Below, one piece after another: positions 16,414-24,007 of a DNA stretch of 64,000 nt. Both the position numbers and the translations under genes were made by a program. Origin of the DNA: a virus (taxonomy: Duplodnaviria > Caudoviricetes); the IMG/VR virus record IMGVR_UViG_3300020036_004254. One strand, 5' to 3'. The notes under the pieces are model-generated. The model worked only from the letters and a program-made list of their open reading frames with translations. It had not been told where the DNA came from and did no database searches. Each line of letters starts with the position of its first letter. Position 1 is the stretch's first letter.

Positions 16414-17437
16414 TTTGGACCAACCCAAGCTAGATTTTGACGATGTGATGTTGGTTCCGAGCTACAGTGACATGACAAGTCGAAAAGAGGTGATGTTGAC
16501 AAGAGAAATTCGCGGTCGGTGGGGTCAAACACTCACCGGGGTGCCTATTATTGCCGCCAACATGCACGGGGTTGGGACATTCAAGATGGCAAAAGCTCTT
16601 TCGCACTATGGAATGTTCACGGCTATCAACAAGGACACCCCGGTAAAATCGTGGTTTGAGTTTTTTGAAAACCCGATTATTAGTGAACCATCGATTGATA
16701 GGGTGTTTCTCACGTTGGGAATGGACATGAAGGGAGAAACAGCAAATATTGACAAGCTTCGAATGTTGGTTGCTTCCAAGTGCTTCCGTCAGATGAAGAT
16801 TGTGATTGATGTGGCCAACGGATACATGAACCCGTTCTACGACTACATCAAACTGGTACGGTACACTGCACCGGATGCGTTCATTATGGCGGGAACCGTG
16901 TGTACACCAGAAGCCGCCCAACGTGTTGTGGAATCTGGTGCGGATTTGGCACGGGTTGGAATTGGTAGCGGAGCGGTATGCGTCACGCGCACGGTGGCGG
17001 GTGTTGGGTATCCACAAGCATCTGCGATTATAGAATGCGCCCAAACCGCTGATGTGGTGTGTGACGGGGGTTGTACCACCCCGGGAGATTTCGCCAAGGC
17101 ATTTGCCTTGGGGTCATCGATGGTCATGGCAGGAACGGTGTTTGCGGCACACGAAGAGGGCGGGGTTGAACCGGATGAACGCGGATTTGTTCCGTTCTAT
17201 GGAATGAGTTCTCATGAGGCACAGCCGACGAAACGAAACTATCGGTCTTCCGAAGGTCGGGTAGTCAAGCTCCCGTATCGCGGGATGGTGGATAATACCG
17301 TTTGTCACATTTTGGGTGGGTTGCGGTCGGCTTGTACCTATTCGAACGCGGCCTCGTTGAACGAATTACATCAGAATGCACGAGTGATTCGCGTGAACAA
17401 TCAACTGAATCGGTCGGTGGAGAAATACACTATTTAG
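16403..17437 (+). CDS. guaC: GMP reductase
   Basis: KLDFDDV, IIAANM.GVGTF, IDVANGY, VGIGSGAVCVTR, DGGC, FYGMSS, YRSSEG, ILGGLRSACTY. Confidence 0.92.
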   Translation: MQLDLDQPKLDFDDVMLVPSYSDMTSRKEVMLTREIRGRWGQTLTGVPIIAANMHGVGTFKMAKALSHYGMFTAINKDTPVKSWFEFFENPIISEPSIDRVFLTLGMDMKGETANIDKLRMLVASKCFRQMKIVIDVANGYMNPFYDYIKLVRYTAPDAFIMAGTVCTPEAAQRVVESGADLARVGIGSGAVCVTRTVAGVGYPQASAIIECAQTADVVCDGGCTTPGDFAKAFALGSSMVMAGTVFAAHEEGGVEPDERGFVPFYGMSSHEAQPTKRNYRSSEGRVVKLPYRGMVDNTVCHILGGLRSACTYSNAASLNELHQNARVIRVNNQLNRSVEKYTI

Positions 17438-17447
17438 GAGGGGGCGT

Positions 17448-17654
17448 ATGGCGAACGTGGGTGAGCGAAATCAGGAGTTTGAAGAAGCCATAAATACAGA
17501 TAAGCAGAACTATCTGAGTTTCTTCGTAAACGAATTTGATATGGAGTTAGACCACATGGAGGGAGTGTTGTCCACAGAAACATCAAAAATTCTCCTCAGT
17601 TGGGTGCGAGACAAACTACGAAAGTTACACGAGGATTTTAATGCCGACCTATGA
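17448..17654 (+). CDS. hypothetical protein
   Basis: 68 aa, AGGAGG RBS. Confidence 0.7.
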   Translation: MANVGERNQEFEEAINTDKQNYLSFFVNEFDMELDHMEGVLSTETSKILLSWVRDKLRKLHEDFNADL

Positions 17655-17658
17655 ATAG

Positions 17659-17692
17659 TATAAATACTCCTGTCATCCTAAACAGGAGTATT
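17659..17692 (+). promoter_or_regulatory. T4-type late promoter overlapping an RBS-sequestering hairpin
   Basis: TATAAATA at 17659-17666; AATACTCCTGT/ACAGGAGTATT 11 bp stem covers the AGGAG RBS. Confidence 0.8.
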
Positions 17693-17693
17693 C

Positions 17694-18287
17694 ATGAAAT
17701 CGCCATACACATATTATCTTTATCATATACCAACACAGAAAAAATATTATGGTGTTCAATATGGTCCGAAATCAAATCCGGATAATCTTTGGACTACATA
17801 TTTTAGTAGTTCCAAAAAAGTTCACGAACTAATAGAACAATATGGGAAAGATAGCTTTTTCTTTGAGATTAGAAAACTATTCAAAACACCAGAAGAAGCT
17901 TTTTCTTGGGAACAACGTGTGTTGCAAAAACTTAAAGTTGTAGGAAAGGATGAGTGGTTAAACCAAGCATTGGCTCGCGGACCATACCTTTCATGGGGAA
18001 AACGGTCTAGAAAAACAAGATTGAAAATATCCTTAGCTTTGACCGGGAAAAAGCGTGGTTGTATATCTGAAGAAACAAGACTAAAGATGAGCATAGCCGC
18101 CAAAAAGCGTGGATATAACAGAACAGATTACAAGCCAACCGAAGAAACAAAGAAAAAAATGAGTCTTTCACAAAAAGGAAAGACTAATGTGGGAAAAATT
18201 CAAACACCTGAACACCGAAAGAAAAACAGTGAAGCTGTTTCCGCGTGGTGGAAAAAACGAAAGGAGAATTCTCTTGCCCTGTTATGA
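17694..18287 (+). CDS. GIY-YIG-type homing endonuclease with NUMOD3 repeats
   Basis: YTY...YYG...YFSSS...E.RVL...WLN; ETRLKMS/ETKKKMS repeats. Confidence 0.88.
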   Translation: MKSPYTYYLYHIPTQKKYYGVQYGPKSNPDNLWTTYFSSSKKVHELIEQYGKDSFFFEIRKLFKTPEEAFSWEQRVLQKLKVVGKDEWLNQALARGPYLSWGKRSRKTRLKISLALTGKKRGCISEETRLKMSIAAKKRGYNRTDYKPTEETKKKMSLSQKGKTNVGKIQTPEHRKKNSEAVSAWWKKRKENSLALL

Positions 18288-18543
18288 ATATCGCTGTAAA
18301 GCCTGTGAATACAAGTTCAACCTCATGGTACGAATTTCTGCCATGGATGAACCGACCACAGAACCGTGTCCGTCTTGTCATGCTAGTGAAATTGAACGCA
18401 TGTTTCCTTCTATTGCACCAAGTATTGGGGATGCAGTTCGTTTAGGAATTCGCCGTCCGGATGAAGGATTTAAGGATGTGCTTCGAAAGATTCACGATGC
18501 CAACCCACAATCGAACATCAAGGATACCTCTAGATACATCTAG
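18274..18543 (+). CDS. FmdB-family zinc-ribbon protein (TTG start)
   Basis: PCYEYRCKAC...CPSC...GFKDVLRKI; AAGGAG RBS. Confidence 0.8.
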   Translation: MPCYEYRCKACEYKFNLMVRISAMDEPTTEPCPSCHASEIERMFPSIAPSIGDAVRLGIRRPDEGFKDVLRKIHDANPQSNIKDTSRYI

Positions 18544-18554
18544 CCCAACAGAAT

Positions 18555-19328
18555 ATGCCGCGTAAAAAGCGACCTCTTTCTCATTTGCCACAGCCTACTC
18601 CCACCCCTCACCCATCAGACAAAGAAGCGAAAACCAAGGTTAAGGTTACGGATTTGATTGATGTTCGCCCTCTCACCTTAAATCAAGAAGCGTTTTTCAG
18701 ATTCTACAAAAATGGAAATCCGGCATTATTACTTCACGGGGTTGCGGGGTCTGGTAAAACATTCATCGCCATCTACAATGCCTTGAAGGAAATTCTAGAC
18801 CGAACAAGTCAATATCGAAAGTTGGTGATTGTGCGGTCAGCCGTTCCATCCCGAGATATTGGACATTTACCCGGAGACGAAAAAGAAAAGAGTGAAGTCT
18901 ACATGATTCCGTATGTGGATATTTGTTCCGCGTTGCTCCCACGGTTTGGGGACCAAGCATGGGCACGGTTGGTTGAGCAGAAAGTGGTGGAATTCATGAT
19001 TACGTCACACGTGCGGGGCTTGACTTTGGACGAGTGCATCGTTATCGTTGATGAAGCGCAAAACATGACAGACATGGAGTTAAACTCCATTATGACCCGG
19101 GCAGGAAACAACACCAAGATGATTTTCTGTGGAGATTTCCGGCAGACCGATTTGGTAAAGCGGCACGATTTGTCTGGGTTGAAAAAGTTTGTATCGATTG
19201 TCGAACACATGGACTCATTTCGGGTGGTGGAGTTTGGTGTGGAGGATATTGTACGAAGTGCGTTATGTAAGGAGTATATCATAGCGCGAATGCAGTATGA
19301 AGATTTACTCACAAATGAACGGAGTTAG
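18555..19328 (+). CDS. phoH: PhoH-like ATPase
   Basis: GVAGSGKT, RSAV, IGHLPG, RGLT, DEAQN, GDFRQTDL, DIVRS. Confidence 0.93.
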   Translation: MPRKKRPLSHLPQPTPTPHPSDKEAKTKVKVTDLIDVRPLTLNQEAFFRFYKNGNPALLLHGVAGSGKTFIAIYNALKEILDRTSQYRKLVIVRSAVPSRDIGHLPGDEKEKSEVYMIPYVDICSALLPRFGDQAWARLVEQKVVEFMITSHVRGLTLDECIVIVDEAQNMTDMELNSIMTRAGNNTKMIFCGDFRQTDLVKRHDLSGLKKFVSIVEHMDSFRVVEFGVEDIVRSALCKEYIIARMQYEDLLTNERS

Positions 19329-19329
19329 T

Positions 19330-19575
19330 ATGTTACCAGCGCAAGTAAACACCATCCTCGCGCCGTATCGGTTGGAGTTGACCGATAACGGAACCCGGAT
19401 ACGGTCGATGGACTTTGAATTTGGTACGGTGGGAATTGAAGCGGTTTACGAAATGATGTTCTTACATCAAGTCACCCGAGAACAAGCATTGCAAGATGTG
19501 GCAATGTTGCTCAACACTGCCAGTCCCAAGAAAAAGAAACCGAAGAAAAAGGTCAAGTCGGTGCTTCATGCATGA
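19330..19575 (+). CDS. hypothetical protein
   Basis: GGAG RBS before ATG 19330. Confidence 0.6.
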   Translation: MLPAQVNTILAPYRLELTDNGTRIRSMDFEFGTVGIEAVYEMMFLHQVTREQALQDVAMLLNTASPKKKKPKKKVKSVLHA

Positions 19576-19844
19576 CCAACACCCAACGCGGAGTCAAATA
19601 TAGAGTCAAATGGAGAACATTATGTTTTGAGTTGTTAGGAGACATCTGCATCGGATGTGGCACACGGAATCGTCAAGTGTTCACCATTAATCATGTAGAC
19701 GGGGATGGACACAAACACCGACACCGACACACTCGCCAACCCAGTTGGAAGAAGTACTGTGAGCAGATTATCGTGGGAAAACCCCGATTAGAGATTCAGT
19801 GTTATAACTGTCACGCTGAGTTGGATTTGAAGCGGGACGTATGA
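19572..19844 (+). CDS. small HNH-like endonuclease
   Basis: CIGCG...INHVDGDG...QCYNCH. Confidence 0.7.
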   Translation: MTNTQRGVKYRVKWRTLCFELLGDICIGCGTRNRQVFTINHVDGDGHKHRHRHTRQPSWKKYCEQIIVGKPRLEIQCYNCHAELDLKRDV

Positions 19845-20383
19845 ATGGAATCAAGAAAAGAAATAACATCTGCGTCAGAAAAATTGTTTTTTGCTAGGTT
19901 AATGCCGTAGGCAACAAACTGAACGTTCCCCTGAATGTAACCTTTAGAAGAATCGATTCTATCCAAAGAAGCAGAAGTCAACCCCATTTTCTCCCCATTT
20001 TTTTGAAGTGTTATTGGGACGTTTGACAAGCTACACCTTTCAGTCCATATAGATTGAAGATATTCTTCCGTAAGTTCAGAAAACGTATTACACGAATCGA
20101 AAGGAAGCCCGTCTTTAAACTTCCGGTTTCTAGCTTTTCTTAAGATGTATGTGAACTTTCCTTTTTTCTTTCCGGGTCTTCCGGTGTTAAATTTTTGTAG
20201 TCTTTTGATATTTCTAAGTACCTCTTCGCTTGTTCTGTTTTTCAATCGAAACGTCGAAGCACAAGACAAGGAACAAAAGAACGTTGTGCGTCCTTTTTTG
20301 GTCTGACGGTTATATTCCCCGTTTATATACCAAAAAGATTTTGAACAAACGCCGCAGTTGAGTTGTATGTGAGTTTTTGACAT
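19811..20383 (-). CDS. His-Me finger/HNH-type endonuclease
   Basis: CxxC...FCSLSC N-terminus; SLDRIDSSKGYIQGNVQFV...NLAKN. Confidence 0.8.
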   Translation of the reverse strand: MSKTHIQLNCGVCSKSFWYINGEYNRQTKKGRTTFFCSLSCASTFRLKNRTSEEVLRNIKRLQKFNTGRPGKKKGKFTYILRKARNRKFKDGLPFDSCNTFSELTEEYLQSIWTERCSLSNVPITLQKNGEKMGLTSASLDRIDSSKGYIQGNVQFVAYGINLAKNNFSDADVISFLDSIHTSRFKSNSA

Positions 20384-20399
20384 GTTGGATGATAGTAAA

Positions 20400-20665
20400 A
20401 TGTTTTGCAGAAAGGTTTCTTGGACGGGAGATTCGAAGCTCCCCGCCTCCATTCTGTTTATACCGTCTACATTTTGTTTTCGGGGGCGAAATGGATTCGA
20501 CAGGGAATTAAGTACACCAAAACCGCTATCCGAAAAGGCGAAGGGCCGTAAGCCCTAGCGAAAACTTAAAGGAGAATAACAACTATTCGACCTTGCTTCT
20601 TTCTGGTGCGCTTCAAGCCGCCTAAGGAAACTGAGCATCGCCCACTTGGAAACAGAACGGGCAAT
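20400..20665 (+). ncRNA. ssrA: permuted (two-piece) tmRNA
   Basis: acceptor piece GGACGGGAG-ATTCGAAG-CTCCC-CGCCTCCA (ends 20451) precedes coding piece GGGGGCGAAATGGATTCGAC (starts 20482); G3.U70; tag ENNNYSTLLLSGALQAA* at 20572-20625. Confidence 0.88.
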
Positions 20666-20666
20666 C

Positions 20667-20700
20667 CTTCTCGGCATATCTTCGGGTGTGCCGAGAAGTT
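20667..20700 (+). terminator. strong hairpin after tmRNA
   Basis: CTTCTCGGCATATC-TTCG-GGTGTGCCGAGAAG. Confidence 0.65.
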
Positions 20701-20774
20701 CTCGTTTGGGGGGTTGACAAGCCATGGCAGACCGACTACATTTCTTACATGAACCCCTTACCAAAGGAGTGACA

Positions 20775-21215
20775 ATGCTTATCACCTTACTATCCGTGGG
20801 CTTGTTGTTTGGAACCCCCACGAAACCTATCGATGTACAAGAACTCGAATGTCTGGCCAAGAACATTTATTACGAAGCCCCAGACGAGCCGTATGAAGGA
20901 AAGTTGGCCGTAGCGACCGTTACGATGAATCGGGTGGAGAATGAGTACTACCCAGACACCGTGTGTGAAGTCGTCTACCAACCCTACCAATTTTCGTGGA
21001 CGAGAAATCCCTACCCCATTCGGGAACCAAAGATTTACGAGGAAGCCGAACAAATTGCATGGGAAGTTTTGATGGAAAATAAACGGTTGAGGAGCATTGG
21101 AAATGCCATGTTCTATCACAACCAGACGGTCAAACCCAAGTGGAGTCTTACCATGGAACCAATTCGTCGTATCGGAGGTCACACGTTCTATGTCACAAGA
21201 CGAGTTAACCGTTGA
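20775..21215 (+). CDS. SleB-like cell wall hydrolase (Hydrolase_2)
   Basis: CLAKNIYYEA, VTMNRV, VCEVVYQPYQFSW, IGGHTFY; promoter TTGACA-N17-TACATT at 20714-20742. Confidence 0.9.
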   Translation: MLITLLSVGLLFGTPTKPIDVQELECLAKNIYYEAPDEPYEGKLAVATVTMNRVENEYYPDTVCEVVYQPYQFSWTRNPYPIREPKIYEEAEQIAWEVLMENKRLRSIGNAMFYHNQTVKPKWSLTMEPIRRIGGHTFYVTRRVNR

Positions 21216-21450
21216 ATATTTGATTACCCGCCAATTCAAAACCTCCGAGGAATTTTCTACGTACATAGAAACGGAATCGGCAAAACGTAAGATTACCAAC
21301 TACGAAATGATTGTTGAATATTGCGAAGAACGGAATGTGGACCCTACAGCGGCGGCATCCCTCATCACCCATCGATTAAAACAACTGATTCTGATTGAGG
21401 CAGAAAACCTCAACCTCATGAAAAAGAAAACCCCGAGGCTTTCAACATGA
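21190..21450 (+). CDS. 33: late transcription coactivator gp33
   Basis: FSTYIE...IVEYCEE.NVD...LI...LK..I..EAENLNLMK; synteny with 59 and 32. Confidence 0.85.
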   Translation: MSQDELTVEYLITRQFKTSEEFSTYIETESAKRKITNYEMIVEYCEERNVDPTAAASLITHRLKQLILIEAENLNLMKKKTPRLST

Positions 21451-21902
21451 AACACAATATTCTAGACGACATCAATGGTGCCATAGAAGATTTACGACAA
21501 GACAAAAATTTGAATATATCTAGCGATTTTGATAGTATTGTCATGGCGTGGGGCAACCCTTTTCAAGAGGTTTTGAAGTTTGATGTAGAGTTGCAAAAAC
21601 TCCAAGACGATGTGCTAGAAGAGGCCGAGAATCTTGTGCGGGAGATTCAGAAAATTCGGAATGCGATGGCATCGGAAGATGCCTTGAATGCTCTCATGCT
21701 TCGTGACCTTGAACAGCTTGCCTTGACCTCTGATGATTATAATGGGGATTGGACGTTGGACGATTATTATCTGAGAGAGAATCTAAAAGAAGAAACCGAA
21801 AAGTTCGATGACAAAGCATTAAAAGATGCTACCCGTCTCTTTGAAAACGTGATGACAGCCAGTTTGAAAAAATGGAAACAGAACGGAACATACATTGATT
21901 GA
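21447..21902 (+). CDS. hypothetical acidic helical protein
   Basis: 151 aa, ATGA-coupled. Confidence 0.75.
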   Translation: MKHNILDDINGAIEDLRQDKNLNISSDFDSIVMAWGNPFQEVLKFDVELQKLQDDVLEEAENLVREIQKIRNAMASEDALNALMLRDLEQLALTSDDYNGDWTLDDYYLRENLKEETEKFDDKALKDATRLFENVMTASLKKWKQNGTYID

Positions 21903-22369
21903 GGAACAGTATGACTACATGGGCAGAAGAAATGAATGCACAGCTTCGCTGGGACAGACGGTTTATTGAAATGGCCGAGTTGGTGTCTACGTGGAGCAAG
22001 GATACCACCAAGGTGGGGTGTGTCATTGTCGGTCCAGACAAGGAAGTGCGGTCTGTTGGATACAACGGATTTCCACGTGGGGTCAAGGAAACCGCTGAGA
22101 AGACAGAACGCCCCGAAAAGTACCTCTGGACCGAACACGCCGAGCGTAACGCCATCTACAACGCCGCTCGCATGGGGTTGAGTCTCAAGGGATGTACCTT
22201 GTACTGTTCGTGGGAGCCGTGTATGGAATGTGGCCGTGCCATCATTCAATCGGGAATTGACACGGTGGTTGCGAAAAAACGTGATGATGCTGGTAAATGG
22301 GGTGAAGAATTTTACAAATCGTTGGTTATGATTCAGGAAGCGGGTCTAGAATTCAGATACATTCTATGA
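21899..22369 (+). CDS. cd: dCMP deaminase
   Basis: WSKD.TKVG, GYNGFPRG, HAERNAI, PCMEC. Confidence 0.9.
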   Translation: MRNSMTTWAEEMNAQLRWDRRFIEMAELVSTWSKDTTKVGCVIVGPDKEVRSVGYNGFPRGVKETAEKTERPEKYLWTEHAERNAIYNAARMGLSLKGCTLYCSWEPCMECGRAIIQSGIDTVVAKKRDDAGKWGEEFYKSLVMIQEAGLEFRYIL

Positions 22370-22950
22370 GTCCGTTCAAGGCATATGAAATGTACATGCA
22401 TCTGAAGTTACATTTCACTTCGGATACATACGATGTACGTAAGTACCCCATGAAAAGAATGTCGGTGACCTCGTTTGAAAAGGGTACGATTAAGTTTAAA
22501 TTGTTCAAGCTGACGCAGAAATATAATGATATTCAGCTTCGGGAGTACTTTATTGCTAACTTCTTGAACGGTGATAAATACGGTGGGATGTATAATGCCA
22601 ATGCAGACGAGGTTTTATTGGATTGGCAAAAGCGCGTTCAGGGCTTGACATACCACTACAGACAGGATATATTGCATCTTCAGGAACAAGGGGTTGAAAC
22701 TCCTGATATGGCTTGGTCTGGTGACAGCCATCCCCTTCTCGCCAAGGAATATTTGGGTAAGCGCATCAATTTGGAAACCCTTGTCATCCTCGACAAACTA
22801 TTTAATTTTCGGCCCGTGGTCGATAAGCGTTTGACGGATGATTTTATGTGGAATCCGATTTCTAAGTTGATGTACAAATACGAACCATTCCTTACGTTTA
22901 ACAAGGAAGATTTTTTGGAGGCGACCAAAAGAGTCTTCGCACCCCGGTGA
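22366..22950 (+). CDS. 59: helicase loader gp59
   Basis: AYEMYMHLKLHF..YD, YFIANF, INLETLVILD, KYEPF. Confidence 0.88.
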   Translation: MSPFKAYEMYMHLKLHFTSDTYDVRKYPMKRMSVTSFEKGTIKFKLFKLTQKYNDIQLREYFIANFLNGDKYGGMYNANADEVLLDWQKRVQGLTYHYRQDILHLQEQGVETPDMAWSGDSHPLLAKEYLGKRINLETLVILDKLFNFRPVVDKRLTDDFMWNPISKLMYKYEPFLTFNKEDFLEATKRVFAPR

Positions 22951-23027
22951 GAACATCTTTTGTTATGGTTGGACCATTGTTCATACACCGTTATATACCG
23001 TTATACACCGCAAAAAAGGAGCTACAC

Positions 23028-23957
23028 ATGTTTACCAGTTTGAGAGAAATGCGTAACAAGGGCAGTGATTTGTCCAGTTTGGTCAAGCAGGTCGAAGACA
23101 CGACCAAGAAGAGTTACGAGAAGGAAGAAGAGGGTACGTTTTGGTCCCCTCCGGTAGATAAAGCAGGAAATGGTATTGCCATTATCCGCTTTATGCCAGC
23201 CCCCAAGGGGGAAGACGCCGAGTTCGTTCGCCGTTGGGACCACGGATTTCAGGGTCCGACAGGCAAGTGGTACATTGAGAATTCTCTGACCACGCTTGGC
23301 CCGGATTTCAAAGACCCTGTCTCTGAAGACAACAGCCGCCTGTGGGCACTTGACACCACAGATGACGGCCCAAACCGCAAGATTGCGCGTGAGCGCAAGC
23401 GTCGGTTGAACCACTATTCGAACATTTTGGTCATCAAAGACCCAGCCCGTCCGGAGAACGAGGGCAAGGTGTTCTTGTTCAAGTACGGCGTGAAAATCTT
23501 TGACAAGATTAAGAGCGCGTTGAAGCCACCCGTTGAGGGAATGGCGACATTCAACCCTTTCAACTTGTTCACGGGTGCGAATTTCCAGTTGGTGGTGTGC
23601 AATGTTGCCAAGCGTCGAAACTACGACCAGAGCATGTTCCTTGCTCCGGGTGAAATCCTCGGACCTGATGGCAAGCCCTACTCTGACGATAAGTTGGATG
23701 AGTTGTGGAACCAGTGCCGCTCGCTCAAGGATTTCCTTGATGCTAGACACTTCAAGTCTTACGAAGTGCTGAAGAAGCGGTTTGAGTTTGTCACGAACGC
23801 CGCTCCTGCCGCCGTCAGTGCTGGTGTGAAGGAAGAGAAGCAACCAGAACTGAAGAGTGAAGAGCCAAAGAACATGAAGACTTCTACTCCTGTTGAGGTT
23901 GATGAAGACCCAGAGGATACAGAAGAGTACTTCAAGAGCTTGGCGAATCAGGACTAA
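23028..23957 (+). CDS. 32: single-stranded DNA binding protein gp32
   Basis: DKAGNG.A.IRF.PA, HGFQGPTGKWYIENSLTT, PENEGKVFLFKYG, FKSYE.LK, acidic tail; AGGAG RBS. Confidence 0.95.
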   Translation: MFTSLREMRNKGSDLSSLVKQVEDTTKKSYEKEEEGTFWSPPVDKAGNGIAIIRFMPAPKGEDAEFVRRWDHGFQGPTGKWYIENSLTTLGPDFKDPVSEDNSRLWALDTTDDGPNRKIARERKRRLNHYSNILVIKDPARPENEGKVFLFKYGVKIFDKIKSALKPPVEGMATFNPFNLFTGANFQLVVCNVAKRRNYDQSMFLAPGEILGPDGKPYSDDKLDELWNQCRSLKDFLDARHFKSYEVLKKRFEFVTNAAPAAVSAGVKEEKQPELKSEEPKNMKTSTPVEVDEDPEDTEEYFKSLANQD

Positions 23958-23968
23958 GTTCTAAACAA

Positions 23969-24007
23969 AGAGGGGGAGAAGCCGTTATGGTTTCTCCCCC
24001 TTTCTCT
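23969..24007. terminator. bidirectional terminator between convergent genes
   Basis: AGGGGGAGAAGCC/GGTTTCTCCCCCT stem with A/T tracts. Confidence 0.75.

Noticed and set aside
17658-18290. Group I intron interrupting the FmdB gene
   Set aside because: The endonuclease ORF fills almost the whole insert, leaving no room for a ribozyme core, and a new RBS/start restores the gene.
20384-20452. Extended N-terminus of the minus-strand endonuclease (MEAGSFESPVQ)
   Set aside because: It is the antisense reading of the tmRNA acceptor/T arm.
22947-23027. Extended N-terminus of gp32
   Set aside because: AGGAG RBS precedes ATG 23028; the upstream part is leader with repeats.
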